This document shows, piece by piece, positions 26,778-36,091 of a DNA stretch of 64,000 nucleotides. Made by a program: the position numbers and the translations under genes. This stretch comes from a virus. Position 1 is the first letter of the stretch. Each line of letters begins with the position of its first letter. Under the pieces are notes generated by a model that saw nothing but the letters and a program-made list of their open reading frames with translations, did no database searches and was not told the DNA's origin. The stretch spans positions 1-64,000 of IMG/VR virus record IMGVR_UViG_3300020391_000004; one strand, written 5' to 3'.

Positions 26778-27419
26778 ATGCTATTAAACGAAATAACAAA
26801 ATCTTCAAATGTAGATACTAGTAAAGTAAAACTTTCAGGTAACATGACATACAAACAAATAGCACAGTCAATTCAAAAAGCATTTCCAGAACTAAAAGTT
26901 GAAATCGAAACTACGCCAGACCTAGATGTTGGCGAGTTTAGTATGGGAGCAGAATTTGATGTTGATACTAAAAAAATTATATTATATCCTCAGTTTAGTA
27001 AAAAAACAAATAGTATTAATTGGACTGATAGTGGCGTCGACACTTTCAGGACTTTACTTAATGATGTTATTAAGCACGAACGATTACATTCGAAACAATT
27101 TGCAAGAAGAAATTATATCGACACCTCTGTGGGAATCGATAATCGTGACGCTAATTATGAATATATGAGCAGACCAGATGAGATCGAAGCTTATGCAATG
27201 AACATTGCCGATGAACTTATCCGTAAAGCAGGTAAAGATGGTGCAATAGATTTATTAAGAATGGCAAATAAAACTGCCCAATTCAAAGATGAAATGGGCA
27301 ATTTGTTAAGTCCTAATTTACTTGCTTATCTAGCTATGTGGAATTATGACAGCACTCATCCAGTTTTAAAACGCCTGTATAAAAAGACCTATCAATATAT
27401 TACTGAGCAGACATCCTAA
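26778..27419 (+). CDS. HExxH metallopeptidase-like protein with MLLNEI N-terminus (start revised)
   Basis: KHERLH followed by DEIEAYA. Confidence 0.6.
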   Translation: MLLNEITKSSNVDTSKVKLSGNMTYKQIAQSIQKAFPELKVEIETTPDLDVGEFSMGAEFDVDTKKIILYPQFSKKTNSINWTDSGVDTFRTLLNDVIKHERLHSKQFARRNYIDTSVGIDNRDANYEYMSRPDEIEAYAMNIADELIRKAGKDGAIDLLRMANKTAQFKDEMGNLLSPNLLAYLAMWNYDSTHPVLKRLYKKTYQYITEQTS

Positions 27420-27909
27420 TTACTACACTAATGTTGCCACCAACGCCAGGATTCCTTGTCCTTGTAGTAGTGCCAGTAAAACCTGCGGCTTTATAAGTAA
27501 TTTTGTATCCTGCCAAATACTCTTCTGTGCTTGTATCATATGATGTACTACATTTTTGTATTGTTCTGTAACCTGTTATTTGTTGGTTGTTCATTTTATT
27601 ACCGAATAATCCACCTATAATTGCACCAGCAGTGCCTCCATCAGGTAAATTTTTTGTAACATTTTGTCCTATAATTCCTCCTATTATGGCACCAGGAACA
27701 CTAAACTGATTATTTTGTGATTGACCATAAACAGGTACATCTTCGTTCCAACATTTTTGTATAGGTGTGTTAATTGTTTTTGTTTTGTATACAGGCTGAC
27801 TATCTATAATAGTTCCTGTCACTGTAAATGTTTCTGCTAATGCAAGTCCAATGTTTAAAAAGAAACATAATATAATTATGTTTACATACATTAAATTTTT
27901 TATTGTCAT
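27400..27909 (-). CDS. Glycine-zipper 2TM exported protein
   Basis: Signal peptide; GAIIGGIIG...GAIIGGLFG. Confidence 0.8.
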   Translation of the reverse strand: MTIKNLMYVNIIILCFFLNIGLALAETFTVTGTIIDSQPVYKTKTINTPIQKCWNEDVPVYGQSQNNQFSVPGAIIGGIIGQNVTKNLPDGGTAGAIIGGLFGNKMNNQQITGYRTIQKCSTSYDTSTEEYLAGYKITYKAAGFTGTTTRTRNPGVGGNISVVIRMSAQ

Positions 27910-27934
27910 ATTAGTCTCCTATAATAATTTACTT

Positions 27935-28033
27935 TTAGTCTGGTTTGACACTATGTTTTCCGAATAACCATATTATTGTACATAATACAATTGGATATAC
28001 TGCTAAAACTATTGTTCCAACTTCAAATGGCAT
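27935..28033 (-). CDS. 32-aa single-TM peptide (not in track)
   Basis: Manual translation MPFEVGTIVLAVYPIVLCTIIWLFGKHSVKPD; ATG directly follows the upstream stop. Confidence 0.5.
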   Translation of the reverse strand: MPFEVGTIVLAVYPIVLCTIIWLFGKHSVKPD

Positions 28034-28762
28034 TTAATTCTCCTTTGGGTAAAACCAACCTGCTAAACTATACCTAGGATGATCTGCAGTAATACAGACT
28101 GGACTTATAAAATGTTTGTTGATCCTAGCGCCACTGCTTTCACTGACGTCCATTATAACTAATCTATTGCCAAAAGGTTCTATGCTATCTTTAATTGTTT
28201 TTTCATCTTGCTCTAATATACAAAGTTGACCTCCCCATTGAGTTAACCATGTATTGTTAAAATAAAATATGTAAGCACAATACCTTTTTGGGTCATGATG
28301 AGCTGATAACCAAGAAGTGTTATCATAATAACTATATGTTGGTTGGTTAGTGAACATATTAGTAAATCCCGTCACTTCACTAACTAAGTCATTAAAATTA
28401 TATTCTAACTTTTTAATACTATAATCTTCATTTACTACACGATTAAATTCAGTCACATAAGCATTATCATGTATTAAATGATGTTCCTTTAAAAGCCAAT
28501 AGGCGTAATGAAAATAACTAAAGTTGCCTCTGCCTTTTTCTATATAATCAAACAACACATCATGAAACTGGTCACTTTCTTTAAATCCTGCAGGAAACTT
28601 TTCATGAGTACTTTTTACACATGCCCAAACTCCATATGGCAATTTAGGTACTGCTTTGTATAATGCATTTATATAGTTAAATTGTAAAACATTATCTATG
28701 ACTGCATATCTATTGTTAGCAAAGTCTTCTTTTGCTTTTGCTATATTATCTTGATTAAACAT
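28034..28762 (-). CDS. 2OG-Fe(II) oxygenase (prolyl-hydroxylase-like)
   Basis: HHD, YFN..W...WGGQL, P..NRLVI, H.ISPV, R.S..GW. Confidence 0.85.
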   Translation of the reverse strand: MFNQDNIAKAKEDFANNRYAVIDNVLQFNYINALYKAVPKLPYGVWACVKSTHEKFPAGFKESDQFHDVLFDYIEKGRGNFSYFHYAYWLLKEHHLIHDNAYVTEFNRVVNEDYSIKKLEYNFNDLVSEVTGFTNMFTNQPTYSYYDNTSWLSAHHDPKRYCAYIFYFNNTWLTQWGGQLCILEQDEKTIKDSIEPFGNRLVIMDVSESSGARINKHFISPVCITADHPRYSLAGWFYPKEN

Positions 28763-29578
28763 TTATCCTCTTTTGTAAAATATATGATCATCTATTTTTA
28801 CTATCTTTTTCATTGTTTTATTCCATTTTGGATTAACATAGTCTGCATGATAATGTGTTGCACCTTCTAATACATCTTTCCATTTATCAAATGCTAAAAT
28901 TTGATAAGCAATATTTTCAGCAGTGTTCCAAGCTCTATTTTTTTCTTTGTTAATTACTTCGTCTTTCTTACCATCACAATACCAACTAAACTGACATCTA
29001 TCTCTCTTTGGATAATATATACGTTTGTCATCAGGTAAATCTTTTATTTGGGCAGTTTTCCAACTTTCACGGACAGGACCTTCAAAAATAACACCACAGG
29101 TATCTGCCGGATAACGTCTATCTAAAACACGATTCATTACAACTCTGCCTACTGCAATTTGTCCTGCTATACTTTGATTGTTTGCTTCTCTATAAATGTT
29201 TAGTGCAAGACAATCTACTTCTTCTGGTTTAACTATATCCTTTATATTTTTTAGTTCAGCTTCTTTAATAGGCTTATATATAACTCTTGTAGTGTTTATA
29301 TGTTGTATCACTGGCTTTTCAATAATAGTAGGTACTTCTATTTCTTTAATAATTACTTTTTCAACTATTTGAGGAACTTTTATTTCCTTAACTACAGTTT
29401 TTGTTTCTACAATAGGAATCTTTATTTCTTTGACTACTACCCTTTCGACAGGTACTTCTACACGTTCCGTCTGTTTTTCAATTACTATTTTTTCAGGACC
29501 AAAAAAATGTAAACCTACTGCACCAATAATTAGACCAGATAAAAATTTAGCCAAATTAGACATCCATACTCTCCGCAT
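28763..29578 (-). CDS. Cell wall hydrolase, SleB family, with N-terminal anchor and stalk
   Basis: CLALNIYREA, AVG.VVMNRV, CQFSWYCDG, GATHYHADYVNPKW, IDDHIFY. Confidence 0.92.
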   Translation of the reverse strand: MRRVWMSNLAKFLSGLIIGAVGLHFFGPEKIVIEKQTERVEVPVERVVVKEIKIPIVETKTVVKEIKVPQIVEKVIIKEIEVPTIIEKPVIQHINTTRVIYKPIKEAELKNIKDIVKPEEVDCLALNIYREANNQSIAGQIAVGRVVMNRVLDRRYPADTCGVIFEGPVRESWKTAQIKDLPDDKRIYYPKRDRCQFSWYCDGKKDEVINKEKNRAWNTAENIAYQILAFDKWKDVLEGATHYHADYVNPKWNKTMKKIVKIDDHIFYKRG

Positions 29579-29626
29579 TACAATTATTACTCCTTGTATA
29601 ATAACATAGTATAGATTATTGTCAAC

Positions 29627-30064
29627 CTATAAAGTGACAACGCCTTCGGTAATTAAACGATCTCTGTTTGCTAAATGTAATTCTTTAATATCTTCTTTTG
29701 AACCACCGGTATATGGCACTGCATGTCCTTCAGCGATCATAACTTCAGTAACTGGTTTCCAAGAATCAATATTATAAACTTGAAAATCTCCTAGTATACG
29801 ACCGAACTTACCTTTCATATCTTCACCGTTTTTGTTTATTTGTGTTTTCAAAACGCTAGATTTGCCTAGCAGTTCTGTAAGTCTCTTTTTAGCGGCTAAT
29901 CCAAATTTCTTTTCTACTTTATCCCTTGTACGACTTTCAGGTGTATCAATTCCCATAATACGGACACGTTCATCGCTCAATATAATACCAAATCCTAAAT
30001 CTATATCTACATCTACTGTGTCACCGTCAATGACTTTTACTACTTTTGCCTTATACTCATACAT
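29627..30064 (-). CDS. Thermonuclease (SNase-like)
   Basis: VIDGDTV, RIMGIDTPES, GKFGRILG. Confidence 0.9.
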   Translation of the reverse strand: MYEYKAKVVKVIDGDTVDVDIDLGFGIILSDERVRIMGIDTPESRTRDKVEKKFGLAAKKRLTELLGKSSVLKTQINKNGEDMKGKFGRILGDFQVYNIDSWKPVTEVMIAEGHAVPYTGGSKEDIKELHLANRDRLITEGVVTL

Positions 30065-30082
30065 TGATTTTTCTCCTCAATG

Positions 30083-30094
30083 TATTTATAAATA
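30083..30094. promoter_or_regulatory. Palindromic bidirectional late promoter TATTTATAAATA
   Basis: Perfect 12-bp palindrome between divergent genes. Confidence 0.65.
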
Positions 30095-30098
30095 TTAT

Positions 30099-30431
30099 AT
30101 GCTAAGAAAACTAAGAAAATGGCGTGAAAAATGGACTGTAGATCATACAGTAGATGTTGTAGTAGATATTACTCTCCTACTAATAGATGTTATTGCTAGT
30201 CCTGTTTTAATCTGTGTAAGACTAATTCGTTACGTAATAGGTGATTGGTTGACAGATAAGATAAAACGTGGAATAAAATTTTTTATTCATTTATGGCAAC
30301 GTCAGCATCAAATTGTGAGAAGATTTATTGTTGTAGTCTTTTTAATAGCACTGCCATTTTTACTAATTATTTTATGGGCGTTTTCAGAATTTTGGACTAT
30401 GTATTGGGAAATAACATGGGGTGATAATTAG
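30099..30431 (+). CDS. Small membrane protein (start revised to 30099)
   Basis: TATAAATA-TTAT-ATG; two hydrophobic segments. Confidence 0.6.
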   Translation: MLRKLRKWREKWTVDHTVDVVVDITLLLIDVIASPVLICVRLIRYVIGDWLTDKIKRGIKFFIHLWQRQHQIVRRFIVVVFLIALPFLLIILWAFSEFWTMYWEITWGDN

Positions 30432-32183
30432 TTAACTGTCAAACTCAGAACGCCATCTAATATCGTAAATATTAGCGGCCTCTTTGTTTTCTAATTCTTT
30501 TACATAAGCTCTAAAATATTCGCCACCTATATCGCCATCTTTTATTGCTTGGTCAATCATTCCTGTTACAATAGCTTTCTTTTCATCCTGCAATATCGTA
30601 CCACGCAGACTTTGCACAAAATTTAAAGCATTATCACTAAAGTTTGTCCTTATACTGTAGTTCATGTCTATACGACTTTGAAAATCCTTCTCATCAAATA
30701 CTTTTTTAAATAAGGTATTCCAATTATCAATTAAAGTTTGAATATTATCATTTACATTTCGTCTGCTCATTAAGTTTGCACAATCTGTCTCAATTTGTCC
30801 TATTTTATTAGCTTGAAAACTAGGATAAGGATCTGCTACAGGTCCAATACTTGGACCGTCTGGGTCAGCGAGTGTTAGATTTCCAACACTACCAGAAGTA
30901 AAATTTCCGTTAAGTCCATTAGCAAGTTGTGTAATATGTGTTTGCAGTGTAGTCAATTCACCGGCAGTGTGTAAACTTTGCAGTGCAGTTCTGTATGCAG
31001 AGGCTGGAGTAGTCACTCCTACTGCACCTAAAGAACCTATCATATCAGTCATTGTAATAGAACCGTTTGGACCAGTACCACCTAAAAACTTTGCAATGAG
31101 GCTATCGACATATTCCCGTTTTGTAAAATTAGTAATATTATGTATGGTAGGTAAATCTACAGTAGTGACTCTTGTAATATAATCTGCAAGTTGTGTTAAG
31201 TTGTCTATGCGTCCTAACTCTATTGCTTGTAATCGTGCTTTGAACTCATCCATATTTTTAAAAGATATAACATCTTTACTGTTAACAAAAATTTTACTAA
31301 AATCAGTATAATCACCTAATTTTTCTAAGACAATATTTGAAGATAGTAGTGATTGTGCATTAGATATTAAGTTTGGTACAGTAATTATATCTAACACTTT
31401 TTGCATTAGAACATTGTATTGTGTATCTGCAAGATTAAATATAGCACTAGGATCAATTCCAAGTTTGCCCATTACTGTATCTATTCCTGTAACACTTATA
31501 CCATCTACATTATTAAGTGCTTGAATAACTTGTCCGGGGTTACCAAAGTTACCAATATCATTTAAGTTAAATGCTATTCCTAAATTATTAATATCTTGAG
31601 CAAGTAAATTAAAATTAACACTACTTGCTTCTTTAACAAGCGTACTTACTCCGTTAGTGACTACTGCCTGCATATTAGGATAGCCTTCACCTAGATAATT
31701 AGGAAATATTCCATTTGCAGGATAAGTTTTACTATCTAAATCTGGAAACTTTCCAAACTCCACACCATCGTTTAAATATTGCAAACTTGGTGCAATTCTT
31801 TTACTACTAGAAACTAAACTGTTACTAATAAAAAAAGTCTGTGCCATTTGTATTGGCCCAGTACCAAACATTAAATTTACATGGGCCGCTAGACGATCCA
31901 TACCTAATCCTGTGCCTACTGTGCTTGTATACGTACTTGGAACAACTCCTGTAAATGCACCAAAGCCACTTATGTCACGGTTACCTAATGTGTCTATTGC
32001 ATTACTGTCAGGTTGGTTAGTTGCATTTCTAGCACTAGAAGTAATACCTACATGACCATTAGCAGTTGCTTTAGTTAAGGCTACAAGTTCTTTGGTACCT
32101 GGAGTTAATCCAGTACCATCATTAAGTACACCTACTGCCATTGTACCTAAATAACTTAATTGACTGCTTGAACCGTATGCCAT
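30432..32183 (-). CDS. Putative tail/baseplate-associated protein
   Basis: 583 aa, Gly/Asn-rich, coupled to the PAAR gene. Confidence 0.5.
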   Translation of the reverse strand: MAYGSSSQLSYLGTMAVGVLNDGTGLTPGTKELVALTKATANGHVGITSSARNATNQPDSNAIDTLGNRDISGFGAFTGVVPSTYTSTVGTGLGMDRLAAHVNLMFGTGPIQMAQTFFISNSLVSSSKRIAPSLQYLNDGVEFGKFPDLDSKTYPANGIFPNYLGEGYPNMQAVVTNGVSTLVKEASSVNFNLLAQDINNLGIAFNLNDIGNFGNPGQVIQALNNVDGISVTGIDTVMGKLGIDPSAIFNLADTQYNVLMQKVLDIITVPNLISNAQSLLSSNIVLEKLGDYTDFSKIFVNSKDVISFKNMDEFKARLQAIELGRIDNLTQLADYITRVTTVDLPTIHNITNFTKREYVDSLIAKFLGGTGPNGSITMTDMIGSLGAVGVTTPASAYRTALQSLHTAGELTTLQTHITQLANGLNGNFTSGSVGNLTLADPDGPSIGPVADPYPSFQANKIGQIETDCANLMSRRNVNDNIQTLIDNWNTLFKKVFDEKDFQSRIDMNYSIRTNFSDNALNFVQSLRGTILQDEKKAIVTGMIDQAIKDGDIGGEYFRAYVKELENKEAANIYDIRWRSEFDS

Positions 32184-32530
32184 TATGTACTAAAACTTAC
32201 TGTGCCTAATCCTGTTTGATTTGCAGGTGCACTATCACGTGAGCTACCTCCAACTAGCACTTTAAAATCGCCTGTCGTCCTAGGATGACCACAAGTATCA
32301 ATATCCATAACTTTATGCACAGGTAGTCCTTCAGCAAATACTGTTGCACTTCCTCCAGTAACTACTGCTACACAATGAATACTACAACCCGGAACTCCAC
32401 AACACGGATGTGGTGTGACAGGACTTGCAAACGCGGCTATAGGTACCATACTGCTTAGTACTGTAGGTCTGGGTGCAGTTGCTATTCCACCCGCGGCGTT
32501 TATGTCGCCTATTCTTACTATTGGGAACAT
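32183..32530 (-). CDS. PAAR-type spike tip protein (T4 gp5.4-like)
   Basis: RIGD, TPHPCC, HC, GSATVFAEG.PV, DTCGH. Confidence 0.88.
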   Translation of the reverse strand: MFPIVRIGDINAAGGIATAPRPTVLSSMVPIAAFASPVTPHPCCGVPGCSIHCVAVVTGGSATVFAEGLPVHKVMDIDTCGHPRTTGDFKVLVGGSSRDSAPANQTGLGTVSFST

Positions 32531-32559
32531 AAAGTATTTACCTAAATCATTATATGCTA

Positions 32560-32850
32560 TTATAATTTACAGCTAATATCAAAATCAAAATTGTCTAAAT
32601 TAAAAGACTGTATTCTGTCATCTATTTTTTCTTTGGATAATGTAAGTAATCCGTTACAACCACCTTCGACGAGTAAGTTATTACGATAGTAAATTTGCGG
32701 GCAAGTTTTATGCCCTGCATTTTTAAGAAATTCTCTAGCTTCTGGATTATAATCAATATTAATCTCCTCGAATTCGAAATTGTTTTCTTTTAAATAGTTC
32801 ATTGCCATATGACAATAGCCACATAGGTTTTTTGTATATACTGTTATCAT
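32560..32850 (-). CDS. Glutaredoxin (start revised to 32850)
   Basis: YTKNLCGYC, TCPQIY, GG. Confidence 0.9.
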   Translation of the reverse strand: MITVYTKNLCGYCHMAMNYLKENNFEFEEINIDYNPEAREFLKNAGHKTCPQIYYRNNLLVEGGCNGLLTLSKEKIDDRIQSFNLDNFDFDISCKL

Positions 32851-33023
32851 CTTAAATAATCCTCTACACATGCATATGATACACCTGGAGGAGAAATACT
32901 TTTACGATTTAATCCTTCTAGCATACATTCTTCATAAGTTTTAAAATAGTCTAGTCCTTCTCCGTTGACTTCTCCGCTAACATCTATACTGACTACAACT
33001 AATATATATCCTAAAATTAACAT
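32847..33023 (-). CDS. Small exported two-Cys protein (58 aa, not in track)
   Basis: Manual translation MLILGYILVVVSIDVSGEVNGEGLDYFKTYEECMLEGLNRKSISPPGVSYACVEDYLR; ATGA overlap with the glutaredoxin start. Confidence 0.65.
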   Translation of the reverse strand: MLILGYILVVVSIDVSGEVNGEGLDYFKTYEECMLEGLNRKSISPPGVSYACVEDYLR

Positions 33024-33025
33024 TA

Positions 33026-34186
33026 CTACTCTCCGAAATAATCTTGTTGTACACCTTCTCTATTAAGATCTAGTGTAATACAATGTAATCCACCATCCCA
33101 AAAAAATCTATGTCTCCATGGCACATATACAGGTTCAACTTTATGCTTCTTCAAAAATGTATTTACTTGCTCATTATTTTCTTGACTTACGCAACAATGA
33201 TGTTCATCTAACATAATTACGTTTACATCAAAGACAGTTTCCTCGACATAACCAACCCAATCCTGTAACCAAGTTTCTACAAAACCTGTAAACTCATTAT
33301 TAGCTTCTTCTCCGGCAAGCCACCATTTTCCTTTATTTTTTAGTTTTAGTTTTACAAATGGACTTACTTTGTTCCAGCTCTGATTTGGTAGATAACAGAC
33401 ATCCCATCCAGGAAAAGTCTCAGAATATGTTTGTACATTGTGTAAACTTAATATTGCTCCAGGTTTAATTGGATGAAAGTTCCCATCAGAGTGGCCGTCC
33501 ATAGGTGAAAATTGTATGTCAAACTTACTAAATTCTGGAATAACTTTCATTTCATTTGGGTCAATATATGACATATAATTTTCGGGTAATTTTTTAGCAT
33601 CATATCCTACATATAATCTTTTTCCTATCATAAAAGTTCTTGCACTTGATACTCCTTCAAACCCATCTGAATATTCTAATAATTCCTGCCATACAAATGG
33701 CAAAAAATATTCCTTATTTGTCCTGTTTTCCTTAAATAATTCCCAACTAGGAAAATCTTTACCCTTAATTATATTATACTTGTCACTACTTTTAAAAAAA
33801 GGAAATTGTCTGTTAACTTTTTTTGTGAATACAGGACTATATTGCTCTAGACTATCTATTATTGACGGATGATCAAATCCTTTATGTGCAAAACAGGTGT
33901 TACCCAAAACTAATTGATAGTCTCTTACTTGTAATGGACCACGCGGATATCTACTAGGATTATCTATAAAACGTTCTGACCTATCCATTTCAGGCTGAAT
34001 TACTGTAACTCCAAAGTCTTGCAGTATATTTTTAAAACCTTGTAAATCTTCAAGGGTTTCTTCGCATATACGTTTTAATGGATCTCCAGCTTTGTCAGGT
34101 ATTCCATTGAAGAATTCAGGTGCATAGTTATTGCCCAACATACACACTTTAAGTGGATCCCACTTATTCCATATATTATATTTCAT
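33026..34186 (-). CDS. Amidinotransferase (glycine/inosamine amidinotransferase family)
   Basis: WDPLK.C.LG, QVRD, GHSDG, FDVN, DGGLHCIT (terminal catalytic Cys). Confidence 0.88.
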   Translation of the reverse strand: MKYNIWNKWDPLKVCMLGNNYAPEFFNGIPDKAGDPLKRICEETLEDLQGFKNILQDFGVTVIQPEMDRSERFIDNPSRYPRGPLQVRDYQLVLGNTCFAHKGFDHPSIIDSLEQYSPVFTKKVNRQFPFFKSSDKYNIIKGKDFPSWELFKENRTNKEYFLPFVWQELLEYSDGFEGVSSARTFMIGKRLYVGYDAKKLPENYMSYIDPNEMKVIPEFSKFDIQFSPMDGHSDGNFHPIKPGAILSLHNVQTYSETFPGWDVCYLPNQSWNKVSPFVKLKLKNKGKWWLAGEEANNEFTGFVETWLQDWVGYVEETVFDVNVIMLDEHHCCVSQENNEQVNTFLKKHKVEPVYVPWRHRFFWDGGLHCITLDLNREGVQQDYFGE

Positions 34187-34505
34187 CAGGGTAATCCCTA
34201 TATAGAAAATGATCTAAACTGTTTGCGTCAACAAGTTTACTAAAGCCTATATGTGTATTCATAGTATCTTTTTTATATAACACATGGTTCATTGCATCGT
34301 CTAAATCCTGCATAGTTTTAAACTCCATGTCAATGCGCCATTCACCTAAATTCTTACTCCTAAATCCTAGTTTCATTCTTGTAATTCTAAAATTTTGCAG
34401 TGTAGGAAGTGTAGCAAAATATTCTGTTATACGTTCTACAAACTCATTTGGCTTCACGCCTTGTGCTAGTTCTGCGTATATTGTGTAGATATTCATTTGT
34501 ACCAA
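34176..34505 (-). CDS. Small alpha/beta-barrel-like protein (DUF6614-like)
   Basis: RITRMKLGFRS..LGEWRIDMEF pattern. Confidence 0.5.
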   Translation of the reverse strand: MVQMNIYTIYAELAQGVKPNEFVERITEYFATLPTLQNFRITRMKLGFRSKNLGEWRIDMEFKTMQDLDDAMNHVLYKKDTMNTHIGFSKLVDANSLDHFLYRDYPDEI

Positions 34506-35233
34506 AATCCTAGTCTTGGATCATCTATATAACTAAATCCATGATCATAATCTTCTTTATATTTCCAGCCGTCTTTTTTACGTTGTTCAGCTTCTAATCT
34601 ATACTTGCTCTCCCAGGCGGGAATAAGGGTTGTAGCATTGTCTGTACCTGACCAGTCACCAAACAAATTTCCTAGACGCAAGTGTATCTCTACTATTTTA
34701 CTATCTATAAACTCTATATTCAATATATTATTATCTTTTAAATCATCTAGAAAGTCTGGTAATTGAACTGTAGGCGGATCTACTTTATGCCAACTTTCAA
34801 ACTTTAATAAGTTATCATCGTTGTTAACACCTATCGCCGCATGAATTGGTCTCCATTTATCTTTCCAAATATAGTCTACACTATAGTGATCGCCTGTCCA
34901 CCATTCAGTCCAGAATTCACTAGGATGTAAATCGAATAAAACATCTTTATCTTCTATATCAATATACATTTTACGTGCATACAACCCTAATCCTGTTAGA
35001 TTATATATAGGTCTTATACAATAATAACCACTTGTTTTTGGTAGTAAAGGAACTGGACCTACGTTATATCCTAATTTATAACTTAATTCTAATTTATTAA
35101 AAGTCCATCTATACTCAGGCTTAATATTCCACATTTCATGATTATGTTGATCAAACTGTATTTGTTGATCCAAGATTTTCTTTTCCAAAGATTTTAAATC
35201 CATCGATACTTCTCTTATAATTATGTGACTCAC
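34493..35233 (-). CDS. ATP-grasp-like protein
   Basis: IRPIYNL.GLG, W.GDHYSVDY, NIEF...IVEIHLR (E-x-H/N-x-R). Confidence 0.55.
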   Translation of the reverse strand: MSHIIIREVSMDLKSLEKKILDQQIQFDQHNHEMWNIKPEYRWTFNKLELSYKLGYNVGPVPLLPKTSGYYCIRPIYNLTGLGLYARKMYIDIEDKDVLFDLHPSEFWTEWWTGDHYSVDYIWKDKWRPIHAAIGVNNDDNLLKFESWHKVDPPTVQLPDFLDDLKDNNILNIEFIDSKIVEIHLRLGNLFGDWSGTDNATTLIPAWESKYRLEAEQRKKDGWKYKEDYDHGFSYIDDPRLGFWYK

Positions 35234-35612
35234 CTAATATAATAATTTTATAACCTAATTCTTTATATATTGCACACTCTGTTTTCATGCTTTCAATACC
35301 TAATCTTAGTTTAGGATTCTCATAGTCCCAGGCAAATTGTTCACATTCTACTGCATGTTTGCTTACACAGTAAATTAAACTCCAAGCCACTAATCTATTT
35401 TTATCATAATACCCGATAAGATTATTATGTTTTGCAGTAAACTCTTCTGGATATATAGGCCACACGCTTTCCCATTTATGATGTTTTGTATATGCATCAT
35501 AAATATCCATTAACCTGTCAATCGGAGGTTTTTCATGTTTAGCAAAAACTTTGTGATCTGTAAGTGATGCTTTATAATTTGTATCCTGTAAATCAATATA
35601 ACAATAGCTCAT
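35151..35612 (-). CDS. GNAT-fold protein resembling the C-terminal domain of Arg/Leu aminoacyl-tRNA-protein transferases
   Basis: GYY...LVAWS, WDY..PKLRLG, G.K..ILG. Confidence 0.45.
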   Translation of the reverse strand: MSYCYIDLQDTNYKASLTDHKVFAKHEKPPIDRLMDIYDAYTKHHKWESVWPIYPEEFTAKHNNLIGYYDKNRLVAWSLIYCVSKHAVECEQFAWDYENPKLRLGIESMKTECAIYKELGYKIIILGESHNYKRSIDGFKIFGKENLGSTNTV

Positions 35613-36091
35613 CTTGATTGCACTGCCTCTTTATATTCTTTAGTCCAATTTTTATAGTATTTTTTTGAATCAAGATATTCTCTTGCTTCTTCTAATTTAC
35701 TTCTAGATTGTATTAATAATAGACAACACTTTCCAAAGTTTAGTTTAAATCCGTCTACTTCTTCTAAATCATCTGGATGATCTTCTAATACCACTATATC
35801 ATCTTTCCCCCAAGTAGACAATGCTTTATCAAGCATACTAGATAACTGATAAGGTGTTATATTATCAGACGGAAATGCAAATATAATAACATCATTTTTA
35901 ATTAAGTCAAACTCTTCTGTCAATAATGCACCATATGCATCTACCCAACTTTTAAATTCTTTTACTTTTACTTTGTCATCCATCCATGCTTTTTTTGCAT
36001 AAGGACAAGCAGGTAAGTTGTTAAAAGTTGAACTAGGAATACTTAAAGTTTTTTGTACCCAAACTGTTAAATTGTAATAAAGATCATTCAT
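35609..36091 (-). CDS. DUF1415-like protein
   Basis: WV...NNLPACPYAK, LEDHPD. Confidence 0.55.
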   Translation of the reverse strand: MNDLYYNLTVWVQKTLSIPSSTFNNLPACPYAKKAWMDDKVKVKEFKSWVDAYGALLTEEFDLIKNDVIIFAFPSDNITPYQLSSMLDKALSTWGKDDIVVLEDHPDDLEEVDGFKLNFGKCCLLLIQSRSKLEEAREYLDSKKYYKNWTKEYKEAVQSR

